Shown here one piece after another: positions 28,403 to 39,017 of a stretch of DNA of 64,000 bases (positions are counted from its first letter, which is position 1; each line of letters opens with the position of its first letter). Source of the stretch: Bacteroidia bacterium. Its GTDB lineage: Bacteria > Bacteroidota > Bacteroidia > Bacteroidales > GCA-2748055. The translations under genes were made by a program, and so were the position numbers. The notes beneath the pieces are model-generated. The model saw only the letters and a program-made list of their open reading frames with translations, did not search any database and was not told where the DNA came from. The stretch covers positions 15,110 through 79,109 of the forward strand of contig DAOWDN010000091.1 in NCBI GenBank assembly GCA_030639005.1. Reading direction: 5' to 3'.

Positions 28403-28437
28403 AAAAAACTCCGGGAATTTCCTCCCGGAGTTTTTTT
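28403..28437. terminator. bidirectional rho-independent terminator
   Basis: A6-ACTCCGGGA-ATTTCC-TCCCGGAGT-T7 has a perfect 9-bp stem. It lies between convergent rocD (+) and the T9SS cargo gene (-). Confidence 0.8.
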
Positions 28438-28477
28438 CTAACACTATAACATTTCTAACGTTTGCGGAGCAAACACT

Positions 28478-31069
28478 CTATTTCTTAATATACTTCCGTG
28501 TGGTTTTTGTTTCCGGACCCTCAATGCTGAGGATATACAAGCCCTTGTTCTCCTCTGAAATGTCCAGGGTGATCACACCCCCTGCCGACCTGAACTCATC
28601 GGTTCTTATCATCCTCCCGTCTGCAGCGTAAATCCTGACCGAATAATCACCTGCAGCAGGCAGATCCATCATAATCAAACCCTCTCCCGGATTGGGCCAG
28701 ATATTGAGTGTCTTATTCTCCAGGAATGAGACTCCAACGGGCCATCCGGCGTAGATTCCATCATCACTTACGGTATAATTCAAACCCGATACAATCTGAT
28801 TTCCTGCTATAGTCACCTCATGGGTATTCAACATTTCAAGACCCGCCACATCCACAACGAGTATATAATCACCGTCTGGAACGTTGTCGAATATAAACAT
28901 CCCCGTTTCATCGGTCTCAGCATATGCGACCACTTCACCCGCATTGGTTGATTTTTTGCTCTTTTTCAGAAGGATAACCGCAGTCTTTTTCGCCGGATGC
29001 GCATTGGTTCCCTTCAGGCCATATACATCTTCGGTGGAGATAATACCCGACATTTCTCCAGAGCCATCACCCGAAGTAAGTTTAGGGATCTCTACCAGGA
29101 TAATATTGACAATATTGGCATTGAATTCGGGAGTGATATCAATGAACTGGGCAGTCTGCCAATCCACGCTGTTCCCATAATAGGTGGGGATACCATTGGG
29201 ATATTGTCCCAGGTCAGTCATCGCCTGAAGCTCATAGTTTCCGGGGTAAAGGTCAGTAAACTGGTAGGATCCGCCAGCGTTGATCAAAGTGGAATCAACT
29301 ACAGGATAGCCTCCCCAGGGAGCCGATTTGATGGCCCGTACCAGTCCCGGGTATACCGGACTACCCGTCCCATCGGTCACCAGTCCCCCCAGATTAATAT
29401 CCGGTGTAAGTTCTACCAGCCAGCTGGAATAAGTATCACTTATTGCAGGTAATATGGCTGATCCAATGACCAGGCTATTTGCCTCTGTCATATACATGGA
29501 AGAGAAAACTTCTCCATTGGGAAGCACTTCCAGGTCAACTCCGTTTAATCGATAATAGTAAGGACCATTCAACAGGTTTGCATTATTATACCAGAGTGCC
29601 TGTCCATTGTAATCGAGTCCCACATGGAACAGAAAATCAGAGACACCAACCGGAACTTCGGTGATTCCTTCCAGATCCTGTGTCATATAATTGGATCCCA
29701 TCAACGAAACATTGCCGGAGCGGTCAGAGTCAAAACCATAAAGATTGAGATAATCGGAAGTAAGTCCGTATCCCCAGAGCTCTTCACCGGTCTCCATATC
29801 AACAGCTGCCACAAAAATACCTTCATTAAAGGTATGGTCGAGTGTTCTTCCGGCAATTGAGAAGCCAGTGGTGGTATTGAAGAAACCAGTCATATAGAGG
29901 ATCTTGTTTCTCCAGTTGATTGCGTCATAATTGAGGTATGCCTGAAACACCTCACTTTGCGCACCTTTCTTCTTCTTATCCACGTTTGGCCTCATGTTTT
30001 GAATGGGCCGTCCCCAGATGAAGTCTCCATTTTGTCCCATCCTGTAAACAAATTGGTTTTCAAAATTCGCGCCACCGGGAAAAGAAATTTCAGCATTACC
30101 CAGTTTGAAATATCCCGTACTGCTTACCCCGGCCAGTACAAAATCGCCATTAGGCATTGGATATGCCTCAAAAACAGCAGTCTGATAACCATTGCCATTC
30201 ATCGGACCGTCCTGAACCCACCTAGGGCTACCGGCCGCGTTAAACATTACTGCAAACATGCCATAGGTGTCCATGTAGGCTGGGAGTGAATTGTCATTGA
30301 TCAGGGGACTGCTTTCGGTACCATAGGATCCGGTCAGCAATACGGTGCCATCATTCCCGGGATGAATGTTTATTTTATTGAAATAGGGGGAGGTACCAGA
30401 TGCATCCATGTCAAACCCGGCTGTATAGGCCCACTCAACATCAAGATTGCGGTTGTATTTAACCAGGTAGAAATAGTCAGGAGAGACATCTTTACCCAGA
30501 GTCCCATAGCCAAGTAGTACCATGGGTGCAGATGCTTTCCCATAAATATAAACTGAGCCATCCTGGGGATCCATAATGGCATCGGAATAGACATACATGC
30601 CAGGAGCCAGGTCCCAGATATTGATGATTTTTATCAGCTGACAATTCGGATCATAGCTAGCTATGAACTCAAGATGGTTGTCCCCACCTATTGGAAGTAC
30701 CTGGCCGTTGGCATCCACATCCTCCGAAGCCTTGGCCATTACAGTGAGGCCACCCTTGAATGAAAAAGCATTCTCTGCATAATAGGCTCCCCTGATATAA
30801 TTGGATTTCAGGGGCACCCCTTCACGATCATACTTGATAAAATAGATGTTGCTGAAATCAGAGTAGACTTCTGTCAGCAAGGGGTGGTTTACTGCGGAGT
30901 GATTGGATCCTGAGATCCAGTACAATCCCTGAGCATCTGCCTCAACCAGGTGTGGATCACTTGGATAAGCAGACAAACCAACAATATCTGTGCTACCGGG
31001 TACCAACTGTTGTCCCATTGCTGTTACAGCAATCAACAGTATATAAGTAAGAAGTAGATGTTTTTTCAT
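28478..31069 (-). CDS. secreted protein with T9SS type-A C-terminal sorting domain; function unknown
   Basis: 863 aa with the signal peptide MKKHLLLTYILLIAVTAMGQQ. Two CarboxypepD_reg-like segments are present. The C-terminus ..LNIWPNPGEGLIMMDL..YSVRIYAADGRMI..GLYILSIEG..TRKYIKK is T9SS-CTD-like. Confidence 0.75.
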   Translation of the reverse strand: MKKHLLLTYILLIAVTAMGQQLVPGSTDIVGLSAYPSDPHLVEADAQGLYWISGSNHSAVNHPLLTEVYSDFSNIYFIKYDREGVPLKSNYIRGAYYAENAFSFKGGLTVMAKASEDVDANGQVLPIGGDNHLEFIASYDPNCQLIKIINIWDLAPGMYVYSDAIMDPQDGSVYIYGKASAPMVLLGYGTLGKDVSPDYFYLVKYNRNLDVEWAYTAGFDMDASGTSPYFNKINIHPGNDGTVLLTGSYGTESSPLINDNSLPAYMDTYGMFAVMFNAAGSPRWVQDGPMNGNGYQTAVFEAYPMPNGDFVLAGVSSTGYFKLGNAEISFPGGANFENQFVYRMGQNGDFIWGRPIQNMRPNVDKKKKGAQSEVFQAYLNYDAINWRNKILYMTGFFNTTTGFSIAGRTLDHTFNEGIFVAAVDMETGEELWGYGLTSDYLNLYGFDSDRSGNVSLMGSNYMTQDLEGITEVPVGVSDFLFHVGLDYNGQALWYNNANLLNGPYYYRLNGVDLEVLPNGEVFSSMYMTEANSLVIGSAILPAISDTYSSWLVELTPDINLGGLVTDGTGSPVYPGLVRAIKSAPWGGYPVVDSTLINAGGSYQFTDLYPGNYELQAMTDLGQYPNGIPTYYGNSVDWQTAQFIDITPEFNANIVNIILVEIPKLTSGDGSGEMSGIISTEDVYGLKGTNAHPAKKTAVILLKKSKKSTNAGEVVAYAETDETGMFIFDNVPDGDYILVVDVAGLEMLNTHEVTIAGNQIVSGLNYTVSDDGIYAGWPVGVSFLENKTLNIWPNPGEGLIMMDLPAAGDYSVRIYAADGRMIRTDEFRSAGGVITLDISEENKGLYILSIEGPETKTTRKYIKK

Positions 31070-31085
31070 GGTATCAATAGTTAGT

Positions 31086-34000
31086 TTATTTCAAATATCT
31101 GATTCCCATCACCAGGATATCATCCACCTGCTCCTCTCTTCCCATCCAGGTTTTGAGTTCCATTTCAAGAAGACTTAACTGAGTTTTGGCTGGCTCACCG
31201 CTGATCCGTGTCAACAGTCGTTTAAAGGGTCTGGCTTTGTATTTTGATCCCTTCTCACCACCGAACTGGTCAGGAAATCCATCCGTGTAGAGGTAGATCA
31301 TATCCCCGTTCTCAAGCTGGATCTTGTGGTTGGTAAAGGGTCCTTCCTCACCCACATGTTTGCCCACAGGCATTTTGTCTGCTTTATATTCAATTAATTC
31401 ACCATTTCGTAATATCACCAATTGATTATAGGCGCCTGCAAACTCAAGGATATCCAACTGGGGATCGATCACCACCAGCGCAACGTCCATTCCGTCCCTG
31501 GCCTGATTATCCTCATCCTTATGAGACATGGACCTGATGATATTCGTTCTCAATCGGTCAAGGATCCTGGATGCTTTCAGAATCCCGTCATGATTTACAA
31601 TTTCATTCAGGAAGGTGAGCCCCAACAGACTCATAAAGGCACCCGGAACGCCGTGACCGGTGCAATCAGCTGCACAGACAATGATTCGCTCCTCACTCTT
31701 CTCTACCCAGAAAAAATCACCACTTACAATGTCCCTGGGTTTAAAGAGGATAAAGTGTTCCGGAAGGGTCTTCTCCAGGGTCCTCTTTCCAGGCAATACC
31801 GCTTGTTGTATCCTTTTTGCATACAGAATGCTGTCGGTAATCTCCTTATTCTGAAAGGCGATCTGGTCGCGCTGCTCCTCCACATAACTCTTTTGCTCAG
31901 AAATCTCATCTCTTTGAGCCTCAATCTCCACCTTCTGGTCCTCGATCTCCCGGGTACGCAGCTTAACCTTATGTTCAAGGATCCTCTTTTCCCTGATCAG
32001 CTGACGTTCCCTGTATTTGAATACACCGTAAATAAGGGCAAGTCCTGCCAGTACTTCCAGAATAACAAACCAGAAAGTCTTCCAGATCGGAGGCTTAATG
32101 GTAAAGGCAAAGTTGGCCTCATTCTCCACCTCAACTCCATCAAGATTATATGCCTTTACCCTGAATATATAATGTCCATTGGGTAGTCTGGGATAGGGAG
32201 CAGACCTGGTGGTTCCGGGTTCGGACCAATCCTCATCAAATCCTTCCAGAAGCCATGAGAAAGTATTCCTGGAAGGAATGGTGGTATGAATTCCTGTAAA
32301 ATTGAATTCCAGTGAGTTCTGCCTGTAAGGGAAAAATACCTCTCCGGAGTATTTGCTTCTGCTTTCCGGACTATCTTCCTCCAATGGGGAGTACTCCACA
32401 CCATTCACCAGGGCTGGATAGAGGAATAGAGCAGGTTGTTCGTGATGTTTGATATCATACCTGGGGTCATATTGAACCAAACCCTCTGCGGTGCCGATCC
32501 ACAATTGACCACCATCTCCTTTAGAAATGGCCCTGGCATTGGTCTCAATGGGATAGAATCCTTCATCATATCCATAGAAAGAGATCTCCCCTGATTCAAT
32601 GTTAAGCACATTGATTCCCAGGTTGGTGCCAATCCAGAGAGAAACGCTGTCAGCAAACTCCACGAAATAGGTGGAGTTCGATACCAGACCTTGGTTTGTA
32701 CCATAGTTAACAATAGTGCCGGAAGAGCCGGGAGAAATTTTTGAAATCCCTCTGCTTTTTGTGGCTATCCATATCGCTCCATTTTGATCACTAACTAAAT
32801 CAATACAAACACTGGAGGCTAAACCCCCGGCTTCAGTATAACTCCTGATGTGACCTCCATAAAGATCAAAGACAGACAGGCCTCCGGCTGTGGCACAGTA
32901 GATCAGGGAGTCTGCCTGTAACAAGCTATTCACCTGCGGATCCACAAGCCCCTCACTCTCGCCAAGGGTATTAGATACTATGCCATTATCAAGGATATAA
33001 ATCGCGGAATCAGTAGCACACCAAAGTTTTTTATTGCTGGTTAAGAGCAGACTGTTGATGGTGTTATCCAGTTTACTAATATTATCCAGATCTAAGGGGT
33101 AAATAGATCTGCCATTGTACCGCATCAATCCTACATCGGTGCCAATATAGATGTTATGTTCAGAATCTTCTGCAAAAGAAAATGGCTGAGCCTCTTTTTT
33201 ATAACCATCGTTTTCAGTTAGTGAAAATACTCCACCTCCCTGAAAATAGAGCAGGTTATTCTGGGCCCCAAACCATATCCTCCCCCTGGAATCCTTAAAT
33301 ACTGATTGAATGGAGTTATTTGGAAGGCCGGTGTCCAGGTCAAAGATCTCAAAAATTGCTTTTCCATATTTAGATGCGCCTCCCTGGGTTCCCATCCAGA
33401 TGCTTCCAAATGTATCCTCAAAAATAGTCCCCACATCATCATGAACCAGGTTATTGGCTACTGTTATATGCTTGAATCTGTTATCATCTAACATCCATAC
33501 ACCGTCCTGGAATCCCCTGAGCCAAATTCGTCCCTGACGGTCCTCTGTCAACTCCTGTGCAATGGGATTCTCAGAACCATCACCAGGTACCTGACGGAAC
33601 ATGCCATTTTCATAAACAAACAATCCATCATGGTATGTGCTGCACCAGACCCTGTCATATTGGTCCTTCATCAGGCAGAGTACAATTGAATCAGATAATC
33701 CTTCGTTCTGCCCCAGTCTGTATTTTATCTCCTCTTTGCAAACCAGTATTCCCGATTCCTGTGAAGCGTACCAGATTTCATCCGGACCTACTTCAAGTAT
33801 AGCACGGAAAATCTCATCCCCATCAACTAATTTCTCAGGGCTTCGGGGATCGGTAAAGATTGTAATCCCCTGCTTCTTATGGGTAACCAGATGTACCCGG
33901 CCCCTGCTGTCCACAATAGCATCCAATACCACATTCCCTGTCAATCCACTATTCCTGTCATAGTTAAATATGGAATCGCTTGTGATGACTGAAATACCAT

Positions 34001-34442
34001 AGGGGGTCCAGGCCCAGATATTTCCGTCATGATCCTCGATCATTCCATTCACCCAGTTATCAATCAATCCGCTATCCTCATCAATAGTGTATACTGTTTC
34101 ACCATCATACACTCCTATTCCACCCTGGGTTCCGAACCAAATCTTTCCTTTGCTGTCCACAAACAGGCAGTTGACATAATCGTCAGGCAGTCCGGTGGAC
34201 TCATTAAAAAACTCATAATCATATCCATCATAGCGGACCGCTCCCACCTGGGTGGCAAACCAGATAAAGCCCAAATCGTCCTGGACGATGTCGTTAACTG
34301 TGTTTTGAGGAAGTCCTGTTTTCAGGGTATGGTTCTCAAGTGCAATTTTCTGTGCCTGCAGAACAGGAGTGGAGAGGCTTATCAAAATCAGCCAGAAGCA
34401 GCTTCTGAGGATAGTATAAGCGAATCTTTTTCTAAATTGCAT
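31086..34442 (-). CDS. sensor protein: beta-propeller repeats (two-component regulator propeller) + Y_Y_Y + TM + coiled coil + PP2C/SpoIIE phosphatase
   Basis: ATG 34442 gives MQFRKRFAYTILRSCFWLILISLSTPVLQAQ; the track start is a TTG at 34463. Many ..IW(F/I)GT..G(L/I).. propeller repeats are present. The TM is WFVILEVLAGLALIYGVF. The C-terminus has ..SGDFFWV..AADCTGHGVPGAFMS.. and ..DGMDVAL.. . Confidence 0.8.
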   Translation of the reverse strand: MQFRKRFAYTILRSCFWLILISLSTPVLQAQKIALENHTLKTGLPQNTVNDIVQDDLGFIWFATQVGAVRYDGYDYEFFNESTGLPDDYVNCLFVDSKGKIWFGTQGGIGVYDGETVYTIDEDSGLIDNWVNGMIEDHDGNIWAWTPYGISVITSDSIFNYDRNSGLTGNVVLDAIVDSRGRVHLVTHKKQGITIFTDPRSPEKLVDGDEIFRAILEVGPDEIWYASQESGILVCKEEIKYRLGQNEGLSDSIVLCLMKDQYDRVWCSTYHDGLFVYENGMFRQVPGDGSENPIAQELTEDRQGRIWLRGFQDGVWMLDDNRFKHITVANNLVHDDVGTIFEDTFGSIWMGTQGGASKYGKAIFEIFDLDTGLPNNSIQSVFKDSRGRIWFGAQNNLLYFQGGGVFSLTENDGYKKEAQPFSFAEDSEHNIYIGTDVGLMRYNGRSIYPLDLDNISKLDNTINSLLLTSNKKLWCATDSAIYILDNGIVSNTLGESEGLVDPQVNSLLQADSLIYCATAGGLSVFDLYGGHIRSYTEAGGLASSVCIDLVSDQNGAIWIATKSRGISKISPGSSGTIVNYGTNQGLVSNSTYFVEFADSVSLWIGTNLGINVLNIESGEISFYGYDEGFYPIETNARAISKGDGGQLWIGTAEGLVQYDPRYDIKHHEQPALFLYPALVNGVEYSPLEEDSPESRSKYSGEVFFPYRQNSLEFNFTGIHTTIPSRNTFSWLLEGFDEDWSEPGTTRSAPYPRLPNGHYIFRVKAYNLDGVEVENEANFAFTIKPPIWKTFWFVILEVLAGLALIYGVFKYRERQLIREKRILEHKVKLRTREIEDQKVEIEAQRDEISEQKSYVEEQRDQIAFQNKEITDSILYAKRIQQAVLPGKRTLEKTLPEHFILFKPRDIVSGDFFWVEKSEERIIVCAADCTGHGVPGAFMSLLGLTFLNEIVNHDGILKASRILDRLRTNIIRSMSHKDEDNQARDGMDVALVVIDPQLDILEFAGAYNQLVILRNGELIEYKADKMPVGKHVGEEGPFTNHKIQLENGDMIYLYTDGFPDQFGGEKGSKYKARPFKRLLTRISGEPAKTQLSLLEMELKTWMGREEQVDDILVMGIRYLK

Positions 34443-34466
34443 CGCGATTCCTAATTCAATCAAATT

Positions 34467-35894
34467 ATGAAAAAATATCTGTTGCTTCTGATATACTTAT
34501 CAATAGTCAGCGGGTGCAACAATCCGGGGGGAAGATCATGGATGATCCCCGTCAGCATTGATCCTTCTGATCTTGTTTATACGCCCTCACATGCGGAAAG
34601 TTTCGAAATGCGTCGCAATCAGGTCATTGACTCTTTGGAAGGGGCTTATGTGATCCTCAGATCGTGGGATCAGAATAGTCACAACAGGCACCAGTTCAGA
34701 CCCAATAACTATTTCTACTACCTGACAGGCAATGATGCCCCGCGTACCTATGCCATCCTGGGCTACAATCCGGAGGCCCAATTTGTCCTTTCGCTCCCCT
34801 CACAGAGTATCCGCACCATGATATACGATGGCAACGAACTCCCGGCTGATGAAATTCATAAACAGTTCAATCCAGATCAATTGCTATCACGCAAAGATGT
34901 TATAATCCTGATAGACAGCATACTGGGAACAGGATCCCCCATATATATGGATAGGTCGGACAGGCTTTTCCAGCACGAACTTCAAAGCATGGCCGGCGAG
35001 AAGGCCAGGGTGGATTTCAGGCACATTGGAGACTTGGTGGATGAAATGCGTGTGATCAAGGAATCGACAGAGGTAGAACGGATGCAGAAGGCATGCAATA
35101 TCACCGCCAAATCGCTGACCAATGTGATGAGGGAGTGTGAACCTGATATGTATGAATTTGAAATTGAGGCGGTAATCGAAGGAACGTTTCTGGAGTATGG
35201 TTCAGCCATGCCGGGTTTCAATTCCATTGTGGGATCGGGTCCCAACAGCACCACCCTGCATTATGAACCGAATAACCGGCTGATGGTGGACGGAGATCTC
35301 CTGTTGATGGATATTGGAGCTGAATATGGCTATTACACAGCCGATATTACCCGTACAATTCCTGTGAACGGCAAGTTCTCACCCGAACAGAGAACCATTT
35401 ACCAGCTGGTACTGGAGGCACAGAAAGCCGCCATTGAGCAAATGATCCCGGGCAATATGTTTACCGACCCTAATGTGGCTGTAAAAGAGGTGATCATTAA
35501 GGGTCTGGCCGAACTGGGACTAATCACAGATCCGGATTCTCCCTGGCAGGTCACTTTCTATACACTTCATGGTATATCACACTTCCTGGGACTGGATGTG
35601 CATGATGTGGGAAATTATCATGAATGTGAACTGGAGCCGGGAATGGTCCTGACCATTGAACCAGGCATCTACTTCAGGGAAATGGCGCTGGAACAGGCTC
35701 CTGAGATGTTTAAGCGAGACGCTGACAGTACGGAAATAGCAGAGTTTATCGAACAGATTGCTCCGGTCTATGAACAATATATCAATATCGGGGTTCGTAT
35801 CGAAGACGATATCCTGATCACAAAGGGGGGAAACATCAACCTGTCGAGGTATGCTCCCAAAGAGATTGACGATATCGAACAAATAATGAGATAA
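34467..35894 (+). CDS. Xaa-Pro aminopeptidase (M24B family) lipoprotein
   Basis: 475 aa with the lipobox LSIVSGC. ..[16 protein letters not shown].., ..[13 protein letters not shown].. and ..LTIEPGIY.. are the M24 metal ligands. Confidence 0.85.
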   Translation: MKKYLLLLIYLSIVSGCNNPGGRSWMIPVSIDPSDLVYTPSHAESFEMRRNQVIDSLEGAYVILRSWDQNSHNRHQFRPNNYFYYLTGNDAPRTYAILGYNPEAQFVLSLPSQSIRTMIYDGNELPADEIHKQFNPDQLLSRKDVIILIDSILGTGSPIYMDRSDRLFQHELQSMAGEKARVDFRHIGDLVDEMRVIKESTEVERMQKACNITAKSLTNVMRECEPDMYEFEIEAVIEGTFLEYGSAMPGFNSIVGSGPNSTTLHYEPNNRLMVDGDLLLMDIGAEYGYYTADITRTIPVNGKFSPEQRTIYQLVLEAQKAAIEQMIPGNMFTDPNVAVKEVIIKGLAELGLITDPDSPWQVTFYTLHGISHFLGLDVHDVGNYHECELEPGMVLTIEPGIYFREMALEQAPEMFKRDADSTEIAEFIEQIAPVYEQYINIGVRIEDDILITKGGNINLSRYAPKEIDDIEQIMR

Positions 35895-35911
35895 TCTATA
35901 ACAAAAGAAAC

Positions 35912-36346
35912 ATGAGCAAAGCGACGATCCATACTGAAAAAGGAGTAATGAAGGTTGAATTCTACGACAAGGATGCCTCCGGTAATGTAGAGAACTTTAT
36001 CAAGTTATCCAAAGATGGCTTCTATGATGGTCTCACCTTTCACAGGGTGATCCCCGATTTTGTAATCCAGGGCGGATGTCCCGACGGAAACGGAATGGGC
36101 GGACCCGGATACAACATTAAGTGTGAGCTCGATGGAGAAAACCAGTACCACGATCGTGGTGTACTCTCCATGGCCCATGCAGGCAGGGATACAGGAGGTT
36201 CACAATTCTTTGTCTGCCACTCACGCAACAATACCAGTCACCTCGACCGGGTGCATACCTGCTTTGGGAAAGTGTATGAGGGCCTGGAGGTGATTGATGA
36301 CATCCGGGAGGGTGACAAGATTGAGAAAATCGTGGTCGAAGAGTAA
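35912..36346 (+). CDS. cyclophilin-type peptidyl-prolyl isomerase
   Basis: 144 aa. ..[19 protein letters not shown].. and ..[18 protein letters not shown].. are present. Confidence 0.9.
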   Translation: MSKATIHTEKGVMKVEFYDKDASGNVENFIKLSKDGFYDGLTFHRVIPDFVIQGGCPDGNGMGGPGYNIKCELDGENQYHDRGVLSMAHAGRDTGGSQFFVCHSRNNTSHLDRVHTCFGKVYEGLEVIDDIREGDKIEKIVVEE

Positions 36347-36356
36347 GTCCTGCGTA

Positions 36357-36941
36357 CTACTTGTGACGTTGTTCAAGGAGGGATGAAACATCCCTGATAT
36401 CCTTTCCCCTGGCCGACAACAACACCAGCAGGTGATAGACCAGGTCGGCAGCTTCATTGAGGAAAAGATCGTCGTTGTTGTCCTTGGCTTCAATTACCAG
36501 TTCCACAGCCTCCTCACCTACTTTCTGGGCGATCTTATTTATGCCCTTGCTAAAGAGTGAGGTGGTGTATGAACCTTCGGGCATCTCCTCTTTCCGTGCA
36601 TGAATCAGCTCCTGGAGCTGGTTAATGAAGCTGGTATCGGTATTCTGTTCATTAAAACAGGTATCGCTGCCGGTGTGGCAGACCGGTCCGGCCGGTGTGG
36701 CCCTGATAAGCAGGGTGTCATGGTCGCAATCCTCCAGGATCTCCTCAACATGCAGGAAATTGCCACTCTCCTCCCCTTTGGTCCAGAGCCTGTTTTTTGT
36801 GCGGCTGAAGAAGGTGACTCTGCCCTCTTCTTTAGTAAGTTCCAGTGCTTCAGGAGTCATGAACCCGAGCATCAGCACCTTTTGTGATTTAGCATCCTGG
36901 ATGATGGCAGGAACGATTCCGTTCAGTTTTTTAAAATCCAT
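36357..36941 (-). CDS. hisIE: bifunctional phosphoribosyl-AMP cyclohydrolase / phosphoribosyl-ATP diphosphatase
   Basis: MDFKKLNGIVPAIIQD.. starts at ATG 36941. ..CHTGSDTCF.. is present and the C-terminus is PRA-PH-like. Confidence 0.9.
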   Translation of the reverse strand: MDFKKLNGIVPAIIQDAKSQKVLMLGFMTPEALELTKEEGRVTFFSRTKNRLWTKGEESGNFLHVEEILEDCDHDTLLIRATPAGPVCHTGSDTCFNEQNTDTSFINQLQELIHARKEEMPEGSYTTSLFSKGINKIAQKVGEEAVELVIEAKDNNDDLFLNEAADLVYHLLVLLSARGKDIRDVSSLLEQRHK

Positions 36942-36942
36942 G

Positions 36943-37695
36943 TTATCTGACAATTATATTGTTCTTTTTCAGGTACGCTTTTAATTCCGGAACGGGAATT
37001 TCGTTGTAGTGGAAGATGCTGGCAGCCAGGGCTGCGTCGGCCTCTCCCTTTTCAAATACCTCCACGAAGTGCTCCTTCTCCCCTGCACCACCGGATGCTA
37101 TCACCGGGATGGAGAGTTTCTGAGAGAGTTCTCTGAGAGCCTCACAGGCATACCCCTTCTTGGTGCCGTCGTGGTTCATGGATGTAAAGAGGATCTCCCC
37201 TGCTCCCCTCTCCTGGGCCTCCAGTGCCCAGCTGCTTAGCTCTTTCTCAGTGGCGATCCTGCCTCCGTTAATATAAACGGTCCAGCGATCATTCTTCCAC
37301 TGGGCATCGATGGCCACCACCACAAACTGGTTCCCGAACCCGCGTGCTATCCGGTCTATCAGGCCGGGATCCCTGACTGCCGAAGAGTTGACCGATACCT
37401 TGTCAGCACCTGCCGACAACAGCTGGTCTGCATCCTCCACACGGTCGATGCCTCCGCCCACCGTGAAGGGGATATTCAGGTGCTCCGATATGCTACTTAC
37501 CAGGTTGGTAAACAGCTTCCTCCCTTCATGGGTTGCCGTAATATCCAGGTATACCAGTTCATCGGCACCTTCACGCGCATACTTTGCTCCCAGTTCAACG
37601 GGATCTCCAACATCCACCACATTCTCAAAGTTGATCCCTTTGACTGTAAGTCCATTCCTGATGTCCAGGCAGGGTATAATCCTTTTTGCCAGCAT
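36943..37695 (-). CDS. hisF: imidazole glycerol phosphate synthase, cyclase subunit
   Basis: 250 aa starting [15 protein letters not shown].. . Confidence 0.95.
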   Translation of the reverse strand: MLAKRIIPCLDIRNGLTVKGINFENVVDVGDPVELGAKYAREGADELVYLDITATHEGRKLFTNLVSSISEHLNIPFTVGGGIDRVEDADQLLSAGADKVSVNSSAVRDPGLIDRIARGFGNQFVVVAIDAQWKNDRWTVYINGGRIATEKELSSWALEAQERGAGEILFTSMNHDGTKKGYACEALRELSQKLSIPVIASGGAGEKEHFVEVFEKGEADAALAASIFHYNEIPVPELKAYLKKNNIIVR

Positions 37696-37696
37696 T

Positions 37697-38425
37697 CTAA
37701 GCCTTATTTAGTATATAAGTTTCAATGATTTTGAGCCCGATCTTATGTTCATAGATCGCTTTCCCCACAATCACCCCGTCGATTCCCGATTCATCGAGGA
37801 GCTCTATATCCTCCATTTTACTGATGCCCCCGCTGGCCACCAGATTGAGACCAGGATCTGAGGCTTTCATCTCTTTGTAAGTATCCATGGAAGGGCCTTC
37901 CAGCATGCCGTCTTTATCTATATCGGTACAGATGGCTGTGGTAATGCCGTCTAAACGATAAGCAGAGATAAACTCGTTCAGGTCCAGTGATGTGGTTTCA
38001 TGCCAGCCGCTTACCGCGATCTTCCCCGATCTGAAATCGGCTCCCAGTATAATCCGTTCCGCACCGTATTGTTTCAGCCAGCGCAGGAACATGGAACGGT
38101 CCTTCACTGCAACGCTTCCTCCTGTCACCATCCGGGCCCCAGATTCAAAGACAATCTGTACATCCTTATCGCTCCGCAATCCCCCGCCTGCATCGATCAC
38201 CAGGCCGGTATGTGAAGCGATCTTCTCCAGGATCCGGTAGTTCACCACCCGCTTCTCCCTGGCTCCGTCCAGATCCACCAGGTGTAGTCTTTCGATCCCA
38301 TGATCTTCAAACTGTTGCGCCATTTCAAATGGATCGCCATACTCCTTCTTGTGCCCGTAATCGCCCCTGGTGAGCCTGACACATTTGCCTTCAATGATAT
38401 CTATGGCAGGAATAATCTCAATCAT
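37697..38425 (-). CDS. hisA: ProFAR isomerase
   Basis: 242 aa starting [18 protein letters not shown].. . Confidence 0.9.
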   Translation of the reverse strand: MIEIIPAIDIIEGKCVRLTRGDYGHKKEYGDPFEMAQQFEDHGIERLHLVDLDGAREKRVVNYRILEKIASHTGLVIDAGGGLRSDKDVQIVFESGARMVTGGSVAVKDRSMFLRWLKQYGAERIILGADFRSGKIAVSGWHETTSLDLNEFISAYRLDGITTAICTDIDKDGMLEGPSMDTYKEMKASDPGLNLVASGGISKMEDIELLDESGIDGVIVGKAIYEHKIGLKIIETYILNKA

Positions 38426-39006
38426 AGCTTCAGAAATTGGGACAGAATAAGTTCACCCGGATCACCACTCTTCTCCGGGTGGAACTGGGTGGCATAAAAA
38501 TTGTTTTTCTGCATGGCAGCACTGAAAGGCACCATGTAGTTTGTTTCAGCAGCAGTGTTTTCACCCACAGGCACATAATAGGAGTGTACAAAGTAGACAT
38601 AACTCCCTTTAAGTTCGGCAGGAAAAAGGTCACCCCCCACCCAATCGAGGCTGTTCCAACCCATGTGGGGAACTTTCAGTCCACCTGCCGGGAAGCGGCG
38701 AACCGGCTGATCGAAGATGCCAATGCAGGTGGTATCGCCCTCCTCTGACCAGCTGCACATTAGCTGCTGACCCAGACAGATCCCGAGCACCGGCTGGGTC
38801 AGGCCCTTTAGTAAGCGGTCCAGACCACGCTCCTCCAGGTACTTCATGGTGGTGCCCGCTTCGCCCACACCGGGAAATATGACCCTGTCGGCCGCAGTAA
38901 TTGTGGCGGGATCATCTGTAATATCCCCATGCACTCCCAATCTTTTAAGGGCGTGATCTACCGATCTGATGTTGCCTGCATTATATTTAATAATCGCTAC
39001 TTTCAT
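38422..39006 (-). CDS. hisH: imidazole glycerol phosphate synthase, glutaminase subunit
   Basis: MKVAIIKYNAGNIRSV.., ..GICLGQQL.. and ..FHPEKS.. are present. ATG at 39006. Confidence 0.9.
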   Translation of the reverse strand: MKVAIIKYNAGNIRSVDHALKRLGVHGDITDDPATITAADRVIFPGVGEAGTTMKYLEERGLDRLLKGLTQPVLGICLGQQLMCSWSEEGDTTCIGIFDQPVRRFPAGGLKVPHMGWNSLDWVGGDLFPAELKGSYVYFVHSYYVPVGENTAAETNYMVPFSAAMQKNNFYATQFHPEKSGDPGELILSQFLKL

Positions 39007-39017
39007 CTCTCTCAGGC

